This document shows, in pieces, positions 46,134 to 58,206 of a stretch of DNA of 64,000 bases. The stretch comes from Thecamonas trahens ATCC 50062 (Eukaryota > Protista > Apusomonadida): assembly GCF_000142905.1 (NCBI RefSeq), contig NW_013657670.1, positions 514,411-578,410 on the forward strand, in the 5' to 3' direction. The notes under the pieces were generated by a model. The model ran no database searches. It was not told the DNA's origin and worked only from the letters and a program-made list of their open reading frames with translations. Each line of letters opens with the position of its first letter. Position 1 is the first letter of the stretch. The position numbers were made by a program, and so were the translations under genes.

Positions 46134-48275
46134 TCATGAGGCCGAGCGGCGGGCGTAGAAGAGGACGTAGGCCTTGGATGACGAGATCGACGCAGGGTCG
46201 ACGGTGTGGACGCGCGAGTCGTCAAAGAGGAGCCAGTCGAGGGTGCCTGGATGGCGGACGTACGAGGTGTAGTGGCCGCAGGTAAGGTCGCCAGCGTGAC
46301 AGACAACCGCCAGGAGGTCGTAGAGGGCGCGGTCGTGATCGGCGGTGTACGGGCCCATGTCGAGACCCTCGAGCGGAAAGTCGACTGGGGTAGAGACCTT
46401 GGCCCAGGTGTGTTCGGTTCGGGAGAGTGAGAACCGCTTGAGGTGAAGGACAAGGATGCGCGGGAGCTTGCATACGACCATCTGCTTGGTGGCGCGAGTC
46501 CGGGCCCGGCAGGCGGAGCAGGTGACAAGCGAGTCGTCGCCGAGCTCCTCGGGCTCGGTAAAGGCCTTAAGCGAGGCCTGGAGGCTGCCGCTCATGGCGC
46601 GCGCCGAGACCGGCGGGCGGACCGGCGGGCGCGGCTGCGAGAGGTGGCGCGGGCGAGACGGCGGCGAGCCGAACCGGGCGCTGTCGGTCTGGGCATATAC
46701 CGGGTTGCCGTACATGTCGGTGTAGGCGAGGTAGAGCGTGCGCGCCGGCGGCACGTAGCTGTGGTCCGGATCGTGTGCTGACGCCGTCGCCTGCGGCGGA
46801 CCGGGCACTCGCAGCGAAAGGTCCATGAACGGATCGTACGAGTTGGAGACGTGGCCGCACTCAGAGCAGGTCAGCGACGACCGGAGCATGCCGCCAAACA
46901 CGTCGGTGATGATCGAGTTGTCGCGCGCGACGTGGCGTCGCCAGGCGTCGGCAGCTTGCTCCGAAGGCGTCGCGCCCGGGAGCGACGAGTGCGGCGCAGG
47001 ATGGGCCGAAACCGTGCGGACTCGATTGAGGTCCGAGTGCAGGCCGTCAAGGACAAAGCGGAGGAGCTCTTGCGCGTCCTGCTGGGCGTAGCCCACAAAC
47101 TGCGGAGCAATGCGCGAGATCTGGTGCTTGAAATCGACAGGCGCAAACATCGGCGCATGAGACCAGAGCGCGCGGGTGACTTCGGCAAATGAGAGAGCAA
47201 GTGCTCCCGGCGGGACCGCGTCGGTGCTGTCGGTGTCAGCTGACAAGGCAGCGGGCACATCCTCATCGGTCGGCTCAGTTGAAGACCGCAAGGGCTCATT
47301 CTCGTCGTCGTCGTCGTCGTCGGTTGTGCCGGCCGAGTTTTGGCCAAGCGGTAGTTCTGCAAACAGCGGGCGAGGAGCGTCGGGCGGCGGCGGCGGGAGG
47401 TCGGCTCTAAACTCGTCCGAGAGAAAGTAGGTGGAGAGCCAGCGGAGATGGACCAGGCACTGGAGCGAGGCATTCATGAAGCAGGTGTTGCCGAGATTGC
47501 GGAGACCAACTTCGCCGCCCGAGTCGAGCGGGTAGGCTAGGAACGACGGCCGCTGCGGCAACGAGCCCGTGACGGGCGGTGAGGCCACAGGCTGCTGGCT
47601 CCGTGCAGCTGGTGACCACGGAACGACCGCCATGGCATTACCCGGCGGCGAGCCAGCCCGCGAGCCAGGGCGTGAGCCAGGGCGTGAGCCAGGGCGCGAG
47701 CCGGGACGCGACGACCGCTGCGAGTGGGTGTGGAGCTGGGAGCCACGCGAGAGCGGCGGCCGTGAGTGGTCGCGGTCATCGGCGCCGGCAAACGAGACCG
47801 CGCGCTTGCTACTTGCCGGAGCAGGCGGCGAGAGTGGGTCGCGAGGCAAAGCGCGAGCAAGAGCAGCCTTGCTCGACGCGTGGAGCAAGAGGTAGGGTGA
47901 GGCGGAGCCAGAGTCACGATGCGCGTCAGCCGCGGACGACGCGACCGGCCCGCGATGCGGCGACGCCAACGCCGGCGGCTTGCGCGCTGCCGCCGGGCGA
48001 ACCGGCATGCTCGCTGTATACGCCTCCATGTCAACTGGGTCGGGAGGCCTGTCTGCCGCCGAGTCGGAATCTTTCTGTCTACTGCCGCTGGCGTCGGCCG
48101 CTTCTAGCGCGCGGGCGAGGGCCGACTTGGCGGGTGGCGGAGTCCGCGGCGACCGCGGCGGCGACTCGCTCTTGGCCCGCAGCAGCGCTTCAAAGCTCAG
48201 CATGGCCTGGGCGAGGATGCGGTCGGCCTCCGAGGCGTCGTCGGTAGCCTGGCGAGGTTCGTCCATGGCTGACAT
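46134..48275 (-). CDS. Ubiquitin-specific protease (peptidase C19, USP2/8/21-like)
   Basis: Cys box GLRNLGNTCFMNASLQCL, QQDAQE, LVLHLKRF, His box HAGDLTCGHYTSY and FDDSRV. Confidence 0.92.
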   Translation of the reverse strand: MSAMDEPRQATDDASEADRILAQAMLSFEALLRAKSESPPRSPRTPPPAKSALARALEAADASGSRQKDSDSAADRPPDPVDMEAYTASMPVRPAAARKPPALASPHRGPVASSAADAHRDSGSASPYLLLHASSKAALARALPRDPLSPPAPASSKRAVSFAGADDRDHSRPPLSRGSQLHTHSQRSSRPGSRPGSRPGSRPGSRAGSPPGNAMAVVPWSPAARSQQPVASPPVTGSLPQRPSFLAYPLDSGGEVGLRNLGNTCFMNASLQCLVHLRWLSTYFLSDEFRADLPPPPPDAPRPLFAELPLGQNSAGTTDDDDDDENEPLRSSTEPTDEDVPAALSADTDSTDAVPPGALALSFAEVTRALWSHAPMFAPVDFKHQISRIAPQFVGYAQQDAQELLRFVLDGLHSDLNRVRTVSAHPAPHSSLPGATPSEQAADAWRRHVARDNSIITDVFGGMLRSSLTCSECGHVSNSYDPFMDLSLRVPGPPQATASAHDPDHSYVPPARTLYLAYTDMYGNPVYAQTDSARFGSPPSRPRHLSQPRPPVRPPVSARAMSGSLQASLKAFTEPEELGDDSLVTCSACRARTRATKQMVVCKLPRILVLHLKRFSLSRTEHTWAKVSTPVDFPLEGLDMGPYTADHDRALYDLLAVVCHAGDLTCGHYTSYVRHPGTLDWLLFDDSRVHTVDPASISSSKAYVLFYARRSAS

Positions 48276-48647
48276 GTTACGCCGCGGATGCGTCTGTGGT
48301 GTCTTGGGCGGAGTCGGCGGAGGCGACGGAGGGAGCGAGCACAACCGTGCTGTCCGCCGCCGGTTCCGTTCGCGGATGGTAGGCAGCTTGGGCGGATGTG
48401 GTGTGGGTGTTTGTGTGTGTGGGTAAGTGAGGGAGGTGTGGGGTGGGTGTGGGGTGAAGTGGGGTGTGTGAGAGACAGAGAGAGAGTGTGTGTTTGTGTG
48501 TGGGGGGTGCGGGTGCGGGCGTGGGTGGGTGTGGGGCGCGGGAGATTCGAACGGGAGCGGGAAGGGAGGGGAGGGGGGTGTTTGATGGCATTGGTTGTAG
48601 CAGTGGCGGGTGGAATGGTGAGTGTAGGCATGTAGCTTGCTCGTGGC

Positions 48648-50037
48648 CTAAAAAGGATCCTGGCCAGCCTCCTCGGCCTCGCGAATGGGGGCAAAGTACG
48701 GGTGCTCCATTGCCTCGCGAGCGGTGAGGCGCTCCTGGTGGTCGTAGCAGAGGAGGCCATCGACGAGCGAGAGAGCCTCTGGCGAGCAGAGATGCTTGTT
48801 CTCCTCGGTGATGAACGACTCCCACGGCTTCTTGGGGTAGTGCTTGAAGCCCTTGGGCTCACACGAGTCTTCGTCAGAAAGATGGTACTTTTGCTGGAAA
48901 GCGACCATGTCGTCGGTGCCGAGGATGCGGACGATCTTGGAGAGCTGGTTGGCGTCGGTCCGTTTCCCGCGGAAGAACGGATAGCTGATGAAGACCATCT
49001 GGGCAGCCACAACGCCGACCGACCACAGGTCCGACGAGTAGTCGTAGTCGCGCATGCCGAGGAAAAGCTCGACGGCCTTAAAGTAGCGCGAGGCGACGCG
49101 GAGCGAAAACTCCATGCCGGGGTAGTAAAAGTCGGCCAGACCCCAGTCGATGAGTCTCAGTGTCCTCGTCTTGGGGTCATACACCGTGTTGTGCGGCTTG
49201 ACATCGCGGTGCATGATGCCCTTTGAGTGAGCATAGTCGAGAGCTTCCAGCAGCTTGTAGAGGTAGAACCGCACCTCCATGTCCGGCATGGACGGAAAGT
49301 ACGTCTTAAAGTCGACAGCATCGACCCACTCAAACACCACGCAAGGCTGCTTGGTCTCCGGATCGCGGACAACATCCAGGAGCTGGAGGATGTTCGGGCC
49401 ATCGCGCAGATTCTGAAGGATCTTGATCTCCTTCTTGATCCTCTGGAACTTGACCGGCTTCAGCACCTTGAGCACCACATCGCCTTCGGGATCAGTCGAC
49501 ACGTCCTTGCCCAGGAAAACCTCAGAGTACTTGCCTAGCTCCTCCGCACACGTGATGTGAGTCCAGGCGTGCTGCTAGCCAAGCCAGGCGGTCGCGGGCG
49601 TGCGACCGCGAGCCCTTCTCGCCTCCCCCTTCGTCGACCAAAAAACGACCGCGAACGTGGCGACGTCGCCCTGCGCTCTGCAGCCCAAAGGTAGGAGCTC
49701 AGGCGGCTGACAGAGTGCACTACGGCATGCAAAGGTTCTTGGTAGAGTTGAACATGCGTGGAGTATGCTGGTTGCGGCCGTGGCTGGTTGTCGTCTCTGT
49801 AGTGTGGCTAATGTACGCAGCGTTGCGCGGGAGTGGAAGGGTGGAGCCCGAAAGGCGGGATGAGGGGGGAGGCTGGGCGAGGAGGGGGGGGGGGGGCATG
49901 GCGAACGTACCCTGGCCAATCTTGCGGACAACGGCATACTTCTCGGGGTCACCCCACTCAATCTGCATGTCATTGTAGGCTGTAAAGTCGTCCGGCTGCT
50001 TGGAAATAGCATCGCGGTAGACTCGCGCCAACGACAT
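48648..50037 (-). CDS. CSNK2A: Casein kinase II alpha subunit (divergent); complement(join(48648..49534,49911..50037))
   Basis: SLARVY, spliced GQGKYSEVF, HRDVKPHN, DWGLADFY, RVASRYFK and RLTAREAMEHPYF. Confidence 0.92.
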
Positions 50038-50184
50038 GGTCCCTGTGAGGACCGCTGAAGTCGGGTGATTCGAGCTTTGACGTGTGACGGACGTTCGCTC
50101 GTTCGTTCATTCGTTGGTTCGTTCGTTCGTTCGTTCGTTTGTGGTGAGGGCGGGGTGAGCTCGGCTCGACTGGGCATCATGAGC

Positions 50185-52213
50185 TCAGTCGGCGTGGTCG
50201 TGCTGGGGGATGGGGCGGGAGGCAGCGGCGGCGGCGTCGGCGGCAAAGGCGCGGTTGCGGGCGTGCTCGGCCTGGATTCGCATCTCGAGCCACTCGGGAC
50301 GGTTGGGGATGGTGACCGAGAGCAGATACTTGAGGGCGAGGAGGGCGTGCTCGGCGGCGACAAGAAGGCCGAGCTGGGCGGCGTGCGACCATGTCGGCGT
50401 GAGCGCGGCGATGCCGTGCGAGGTAAAGCCGACGAGGGCCACATTGGTGAGGACCGAGCCGACCGAGAGGACCTGCAGCAGGGTCCACCACACGCCGATG
50501 TCCGAGACGGTGACAGGGACCGGGCGGCGCGAGGTGCCGACGAGCTTGTAGGCGTCGGCGCGGATCTCGACGACGTTGTTGGCAAAGGCAAGAAGCGGGG
50601 CGAGAGGGAGGACGGCGGCAAAGAGGGTAATGTAGCCAAACTGGATGACCATTTCGAGGTAGTCGTCGTAGACCGAGGCGTACGGAGGCATGCCGTACTC
50701 GGCACGAGCCTTGGAAACGATGCGCGGGGCATGGTCCGAGCCCAAGTCCTTTGCCGACGACCAGAGCGCGTAGAGCTTTGTGGCTGCCGGAGTGAGGACC
50801 TCGAGGGTGCCAAACAGAATCTGCGAGGTAAACAGGAGCGAGGTGAGCTGGGTAGTGAGCCGGTCGAGGTCGCGGACGACAAAGGCTGCGTAGAAGAGCG
50901 AGACGTAGCAGTTGACAAACTGGACCGAGGCGAGCTTGATGATCATACTGTCCTTGTACTGAGTCTCGGTCCGGTGGTTCTCGTAGTCGTTGAGGACGAC
51001 GGCGAGCTTGCGGTAGGCCATGTTGAAGAGCGGGACAAAGACGCCGTAGAGGCCGAGCGGGATGAGGCGGACGGTCCAGTGCGAGCCGCGGAGCGCGTCC
51101 TCGGCGGCAAACGAGGTGAGCATGACGAGAATGGCAAATATGACAGCAGCAACGGTGACCGGAATGGTGATGGCGTAGCGGGCGGCGCGAGCAGCCCAGG
51201 GAAAGTGGCGCTCATGTGCACCGGTGAGCGGATTCGTGACCAACTCGCCGGTGTACTGGAACCGAGCCGCCTCCGAGGCCTCATGCTCGTGGACGTTCCA
51301 GTGGTAAGCGAGGACGGCGGAGCGCCGCTTCCATGCCTCGAGGAAGCAGGTGCCCCAGAGAGTGATAAATGCAGCAAAGACGAGGATGCCGATCTGCGCC
51401 GCCGACGGCATGGTTTGGGTGAGGGCAAAAACGACGGCGCCGAGCGCGGCAGGCACGGTCAGCCACCGGGTGTACTCCTCAAGCCAAGCAAAGTAAAACG
51501 CAATTTCGGCGCCGTAGTACTCGTGCACGGCGTCGATCGGCTGCCGCGACTCGAGGTGCCGGGTGAGCCATGCGTTCTCGAGCGCCGCCAGGGCATCGTC
51601 GTCGTGGAACGGAAACTCGGCAAGGAGCAGTGATTCCTTGCGGAGAGTGGCGACCATCGGCATCGACGGCGACCATGGAACGCTTGCCACGCGTGCCGCA
51701 TCTGTTCCGGGCAGCAAACACTCGAGCGCGTCGATCAGCAGCTGGATCTTCTCCTTGGAGGTGAAGAACTGGGTCCGCTCCGCAAAGCCATCAAAGGCCT
51801 CGGAGCGGGCAACGACAAATGAGCGGAGCGCGCCGTCCTTGAGCGCCTTCTTCAGCGAAGCCGCCTCGGCCGCACGGGCCAGCCACATGTGCGGCGCGTC
51901 AATGGCAAGCATGATCTCGTCGGCGTCGGCGGCAGACCGCCGCGAGGCGATGAGACCGGAGGCGCGCAGTGTGAGCGCTACCGCGTCGACCAGGTCTGGC
52001 ATGTCCACCTCTCCATCCGGATCGGTGCGTGGGAAGACGAGGCAGTATGTGGCGCGGAGCGGAGCTGGCGGGATCTCGACCTTAACCGACTGTAGTGATG
52101 GTGAGTGGGGATGACGAGGAGGAGGGGAGCGAGCAGAAGGAGGGAGGGTTGCGTACGTTGAGGAGGGGGACTGGTTTGTAGGTCGGAGTGAGGAGGTGGG
52201 AGGACGGTGGCAT
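50185..52213 (-). CDS. Anoctamin/TMEM16 (ANO8/10-like); complement(join(50185..52089,52157..52213))
   Basis: QPIDAVHEYYGAEIAFYFAWL, FLEAWKRR, ENHRTE, DDYLEMVIQFGY, NNVVEIRADAYKL and DIGVW. The short first exon is inferred from a GTACGC...CAG intron. Confidence 0.88.
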
Positions 52214-52371
52214 GGTGTGTGTGTGTGGGTGGGTGCGGAGTTTGTAGGTGTGGGAGTGGTATGTGGTGTGTGGGGTTGGGTGTGGGAGGTTGTGTTCGGG
52301 CAGTGGGGTACGGACACGAAGCAGGGGCGGCGGGCAAGGGAAGAGGCGAGGCGAGGGATAATGGAGTGGGT

Positions 52372-54387
52372 TCACTTGGAGGAGACGATCTCGTCAATCT
52401 TGCAGATGCCGCGGGCGCACTCGACGGCAAGCTTGAGGGCCGAGACGGAGACGAGGAGCGGCTGGATGACGGCGTCGTCGACCATGTTGGTGATGGAGCC
52501 GCGGCGGACGTTGATGCCAGCCTGGGCGTTGCCCTCGGCATGCTGGTTGCGGAGCTCGGTGACGATCTTGATGGGCGAGAGGCCGGCGTTCTCGGCAAGG
52601 GTGTAAGGGATGATCTCCATGGCCTCAGCAAAGGCGCGCATGCAGTACGACTTGACGCCCGGGATGGTGCGCGAGTGCTTGTCGAGGGCCTGCGAGACCT
52701 CCATCTCGGGAGCACCGCCGCCGGCGACAAGGAAGCGCTCCTTGACGAGCGAGCGGATGACGCAGAGGGCGTCGTGGATGGAACGCTCGGCCTCGGCAAG
52801 CATGAGCTTGTTGGAGCCGCGGCAGAGGATGGTGACGGTCTTGCCCGGGTTAGGCACGTCGGTGATCTTGATGTAGCGGTTGGCGCCAGTGCCGAGCGAC
52901 TCGACGGTGCCGGCGGTACCGAGCTTCTCGGCGGACATGTGGTCGATGTGCGAGATGGGCGAGCAGCCGACGGTGTCGCAGATAAACTCGACGTCGGCAC
53001 GCTCGACGTCGGTGACGACCAGGATCTTCATCTTGGACAGGTAGTGGAGGGCGAGGTCCGAGACGGCGTCGCGGAGGATGGACTTCTGAATGAGGAGGAC
53101 GTTGCAGCCAGACTTCTTGATGGCCTTGACCTTCTTGAGCACATCCTTGCGCTCCTGGGCAATGATGCGGTCCATCTGCACGTGCGACGAGACAATGATG
53201 TGGTTCTCCATGTCGGTCTTGGGCGGCGAGAGCTGGAACTGGATGAGGCCAATCTTGGCGTTGGTGACCTTCTGCGGGCCGCCGGCCTTGGCGCGGATCT
53301 TGAGCTTGGTGAAGACAAGGCCCTCGACGAGCTCGGTGTCGTCGACGGTGCCGCCGAGCTTGGTCACGACCTTGATCTCGTTGAGGTCGACGTTGTTGTC
53401 GAGCTCCGGGTTGATGACCTTGAGCACGGCGTCGACGGCAATCGGGGCAAGGAGCGACGAGTACTGCGAGACAATCTTGGAGTTGAGCGAGGTCGAGGCG
53501 GCCTTCAGCAGCGACTCGCGGTCGTCGAGCGTCAACGGCAGCGCCATACCGCGGAGCACGTCGAGCGCGTAGTCGAGCGACTGCTGGTAACCCTCGGCAA
53601 TGACGGTCGGGTGCACACCCTTCTCGAGGAGCTCGAGCGACTTGGCGAGGAGCGAGCCGGCCAGAACCACAACAGACGTCGTGCCGTCACCAGCCTCGAC
53701 GTCCTGCGCGCGCGAGAGCTCCACAAGCATCTTGGCCACCGGGTGGACGACTGCCATCTTGGACATGATCGTCGCGCCGTCGTTCGAGATGGTCACGTCG
53801 CCCTTGCCGTCGACAAGCATCTTGTCGGCGCCACGCGGGCCGAGCGAGGTCCGCACCGCATCCGCCACAGCCTTGGCCGCAACAATGTTCGAGACCTGTT
53901 CTCGCCACCGCCGCCAGTTTGTGAGTATGGGCTGCGATTGCGGCAAGGGGGGAGGAGGAGGAGAGCGCCATTTGCGAGCCAAAAAATGGAGATGAACCCG
54001 CCGAGGTCGCTCTCCCCGCCGCGGCCAACGGAGGAGAACGGGGTGCGGGGGAGGAGGGGAAGGGGGAAAGCGCGGTCCTGCGCGTGAATGGCATCACATG
54101 CGTGGTCCATACACCGCTCTGCTCTGCTGCCTGCGGCCGGCATGGGCGCGCGGGACCGGTCGCCGAGGGGGGATGTCGGCGCCAAGCCGTAGATTCGCGC
54201 GGGAAGGGCGGGGAAGGGGGGCGGAGAGCGGGAAGAGGGGAGAGGGGGGAGGCAATAGCAAACAGGGGCGAGGGAGAGAGAGAGGGGAGGACGCAGGGTC
54301 CGCACGTACGCGGACGTCGTTCTCGCGGTCCTTCTCCTGGAAGTTCATGTTCCCGCTGGACTTGGACGACGACGCAGCTGCCGACAT
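52372..54387 (-). CDS. CCT4: T-complex protein 1 subunit delta; complement(join(52372..53895,54310..54387))
   Basis: DVR|[33 protein letters not shown] and [17 protein letters not shown]. Confidence 0.95.
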
Positions 54388-54596
54388 TTGTGTTTGGTTG
54401 GTGCGAGTCGAGTGAGCCGACCGACCGTCGCTGTTAATCGTTCGTTCGTTCAATGGTAACACGTTATGTTTTGGAGTGGCACGCGAACGGCGAGGGGGTG
54501 AGGGGAAGGTTCCAGCAGGGACAAGGCTGTGGATGCGGGGAAAGACGACGATAATGATGATGGCGATGCACAGGGCAATTTAACACGGCAACAGCA

Positions 54597-55662
54597 TTAT
54601 GATGAGGTAGCAGGGCGAGTGTCATCAAGCCAGGTGGAGACGGCGACTTCTGCGGCCTGCCACTTGAGAATAAACGGGTGCGAGAGAAGCTCCCAGGGGC
54701 GCGGGCGCATGTCTGGGTTCTTCTCGAGGCAAGCGGCGAGAAAGTGGCAGATTTCCTCGGACCAGCCATCGGCTGGCAAAAGACCAGGGGCCGGAGAGTT
54801 GACGATGGCGTCAAGGACTAGGAACTCAGAGGCAACCTCGTAGGGAAAGGCGCCAGTGGCAAGCTCGATCATGGTAACGCCAAAAGCCCAGACGTCTGCG
54901 GTGATGTTGTACTCGGCAACGTCGCCACGAATGCGCTCGGGAGCAAGGTAGTATGTGGTGCCGACATTGGTCTTGGCGATCGAGTCCTCCAGCTTCTTGG
55001 CAATGCCGAGGTCGGCGAGCTTGATGGAGCCGTCGGAGGCGACGAGGATGTTGTCGGGCTTGATGTCGCGGTGCATGACACCCTTTTCCTTCTTGAGGTA
55101 GTTCATGCCGTGCATAACCGCCACCGCAATCTTGCCCAGGATAGCCTCGGGCATGCGCTGGCGGGCGGAGGAGCTCTTGAGCACGTCGCGCAGTGAGCCG
55201 CCGTCCATAAACTCCATCGCCAGGTGCAGCTTGTCGTCGTGGAAAAAGGCGCCCCGGAGCCGCACAAGATAGTCCGAGTCCGACGAGTTGAGCGTCCGCA
55301 CCTCACACAGCATGTGCTCGCGCTCCTTGTCGGTGTCGGCGTAGAGCGGGACAGCCTTGACCGCCACCAGCTCACCGCTCGGGCTCCGATACAGCTTGAC
55401 CTCGCCAAACCCGCCGCGGCCGAGCAGGCGGACAAACGTCAGTTGGCTGTGGTCGAACGAGCCCATCGCCTGGGTTACGGAAGAAGAGGGGGGTGAGTGG
55501 AGGGGAAGGGGAGGGGAAGGGGAGAGGGGGGGGTAGGGGGGGTGGGGGGTAAGTGCGTACGTCGACCAGCTCGACCACTGGGTTTGGGACTGGCACAGGC
55601 GTGGCAAAGTCGGTGATGATGGGAGGGCGTGGCGGGCGCTTTCTCCCTGGTGGTGCAGCCAT
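54597..55662 (-). CDS. MAP kinase kinase (STE7/MEK family); complement(join(54597..55469,55561..55662))
   Basis: Exon 1 carries a basic docking-site-like RKRPPRPPII. GRGGFG, MEFMDGGSL, HRDIKPDN, activation loop DSIAKTNVGT and YLAPERI. Confidence 0.9.
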
Positions 55663-55716
55663 GGTGCGTGTGTGTGTGTGTGTGTTTGTTTGTGTGTGTA
55701 TGAATGTATGTATGTA

Positions 55717-55747
<31 letters not shown>

Positions 55748-55914
55748 CTGTGTGTGTGGTTAGGTGTGTGGGAGCGAGTGTGGGTGGGTGGAGTGGGGTG
55801 AGGTGGAAGGAATAACAGAAGGAATGGGGCGGCGGTTGAGTGGCGGGGTGGGCGGGTGGCAGGTGGCGGCAAGTGATGGTGGCGGACAGACATTTTTCTG
55901 ATTCTGGACTGCCA

Positions 55915-57187
55915 ATGTCACGAGTCCTGGTCCTGCTTACTGTCGTGGCATGCATGGCCATGGCGGTCGCTGCCGAGGGACAGAGGTGGACTGTGGTTGA
56001 TGGAGAGGTGGTGTTCAAAGGCTCAGACTTGCGTATGTGGTGTGTGGGATTGCAGGTGGGCGAGGAGGGCGGGGGATGATGGGAAGGGGAAGAGGGGAGA
56101 CCGAGGGGAAGGTCAGGTTGAGTACGGGCACGGCGGCAGGCATGCAACTCATGTGCGGCGTGGAGATGGTGGGCATGACGTATGGGGTGGACTCGGGATG
56201 GGCTGGGCGGGAAACAATGCAGCGCACTGCAACATTGATCCGCAGCAGGTGACTGTGGGCGGGTTGTCGGCTGGTGCATTCCAGGCCGTGCAGATGGCGG
56301 TGGCGCACTCGGGCCTCTTTGCTGGGCTCGGCGTGGTGGCCGGTGGACCGTTCTACTGCGCACAGAACCAGCTCGATCTGGCACTGACCTCGTGCACCAA
56401 GACACCGGCGCTGATCTCGGACACGGTTCTTCTGGGCGAAATGACGTACATGGAGACGACGCTGCAGATCGATCCGCTCAAGAACATCGAGGAGACCAAC
56501 GTGTATCTGTACTCGGGCACGCTCGACACAGTCGTCCACCAGGGCGTCATGTCCAAGCTTGAGGAGCAGCTCTCCAAGTGGGTTGACGCATCGGCAATGA
56601 CGGTCAAGCTCGACATCCCGTCGGTCCATTCGATTGTGACCGACTACACTGGGCACGCGTGCGACCACTTTGAGTCGCCGTACATTGTCAACTGCGGGTA
56701 CGATCTTGCCGGCGAAATGCTCACCTCGCTCTACGGCCCGCTCAACAACCGGTCGGCGCCGACAGCACCGCCGGCATCATCGATCCTGGACAATGTGTAT
56801 CAGTTCTCGCAGGCTGCGTTCATTCCTGGCGTCTACACGCCCGGCGAGCTCTCGCTCGACACCACTGCATACGCGTATGTACCGCCGGCATGCATCGCCT
56901 CGGATGACGACGCCATGAACGCCACCTTTTGCAAGCTTCTGGTCCTCTTCCACGGCTGCGAGCAGTCGCTCAAGGAAATCTCGACCCAGTTTGTGCTCAA
57001 CACGGGCGTTCTCCAGTGGGCGGAGACCAACAACATCGCCGTGCTCTTCCCGCAGGCCACGTCGAACGCGCTCAACCCCAAGTCGTGCTTCGACTGGTGG
57101 GGCTATACCGGTGTCGAGTACCCGACCAAGCTCGGCCCGCAGATTGCCACGGTGTACAGCATGATGCAGCACATGGCCAAGCTGTAG
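55915..57187 (+). CDS. Secreted poly(3-hydroxybutyrate) depolymerase-like esterase; join(55915..56032,56223..57187)
   Basis: Signal peptide MSRVLVLLTVVACMAMAVAA, N-proximal lipase box GLSAG, GGPFYCA, GTLDTVV, FHGCEQ and CFDWWGY. Confidence 0.85.
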
Positions 57188-57197
57188 CAGATAAAGT

Positions 57198-58169
57198 ATG
57201 TCGTCGTGTGCTTGTCGGTGTCGGCGGCTGGCTGCGACCTGGCACATCACTCACTACGTCGACGGAATGGCAAGCCAGGGCACAGCCATGAAGGTCACCA
57301 CGCAGCCGCAGGACGGTAACTTGGGAGTTGCCGGTCATGGGAGGCAGGGCGGAGCTGTCCATGTGAGCGGCCGCGGCGACGGTCTTTGTCCGCTTGGGTA
57401 CACGGCTGCGGACTCGCAGGCGCTGCCGGACGTGTTTGACGTGTCGACGGGCGAGGGCATTGGGCGGGCGCGGTACGAGACGCTGCTGCCGCTGACACAG
57501 GCACTGCGACAGGCACAGTGGGGCGAGTCGGCAGTGACGGCGGGTCTCGTTCAGAGCTTCCTTGTGGCTATCCAGGTCCGGCCGGCCGGCGAGCTCCCGC
57601 AGCGGTTCGCGTTTGCCTTTGTGCAGGACCTCTTCCGCGTCACGGTCAAGGCGCTGCTCCAGATCGGGGTCATCTCGTACTGTCCGGACTGGGTAGCAGT
57701 CCCGATGCTTGCGTCTGTGCCCGAGTCTGCCAAGGCGGCAGCGCGCAAGTTCCCGCGGCATGTGGCGGCGGCGTTGGTGGTCCCGCTGGCGGTGCCGGCC
57801 ATGACGCTCTCGCACGTAGCAACCTGCACCGCGTCGCAGGCCTTTGGCTATATCGAGTACAAGTTCCTCACCATGTGGCACGCTTCGCTGCGGCGGCGCG
57901 AGCACTCGGAGAGCCGCGCGCCGCGGGCCGGCGTCTCAACGCTAGAGCGGGCCAATGCCGAGATCGCGGCCCACAACAAGGCACTCGTCCGCAAGTCGGC
58001 CAAGGCCAAGAGCCACTTCCAGGAGCGGCTCTATCTCAACGCACTCGCGTCGACGGTCGCTGTCTTCTCCGGCGCGTTTGCTGCAGGCTTTGGCACGCTC
58101 ATCCAGCCCGGAACCGGAACAAGCATTGGCGCGTTTGTGGGCGAGACGCTGCCGTACTTTGTCATCTGA
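57198..58169 (+). CDS. Hypothetical membrane protein
   Basis: 323-aa ORF with coding-like codon usage and a C-terminal Gly-rich hydrophobic hairpin (GAFAAGFGTLIQPGTGTSIG). Start uncertain. Confidence 0.6.
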   Translation: MSSCACRCRRLAATWHITHYVDGMASQGTAMKVTTQPQDGNLGVAGHGRQGGAVHVSGRGDGLCPLGYTAADSQALPDVFDVSTGEGIGRARYETLLPLTQALRQAQWGESAVTAGLVQSFLVAIQVRPAGELPQRFAFAFVQDLFRVTVKALLQIGVISYCPDWVAVPMLASVPESAKAAARKFPRHVAAALVVPLAVPAMTLSHVATCTASQAFGYIEYKFLTMWHASLRRREHSESRAPRAGVSTLERANAEIAAHNKALVRKSAKAKSHFQERLYLNALASTVAVFSGAFAAGFGTLIQPGTGTSIGAFVGETLPYFVI

Positions 58170-58206
58170 GCGTTATCCACGGGCGGCGGTAGTAAATGGA
58201 TTGCAT

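Noticed and set aside
55470-56405. Long N-terminal extensions of track ORFs (MAP2K 602 aa, anoctamin, CCT4, DLST, and 44431..46137)
   Set aside because: They are read-through into introns, microsatellites or N gaps. Spliced models explain them.
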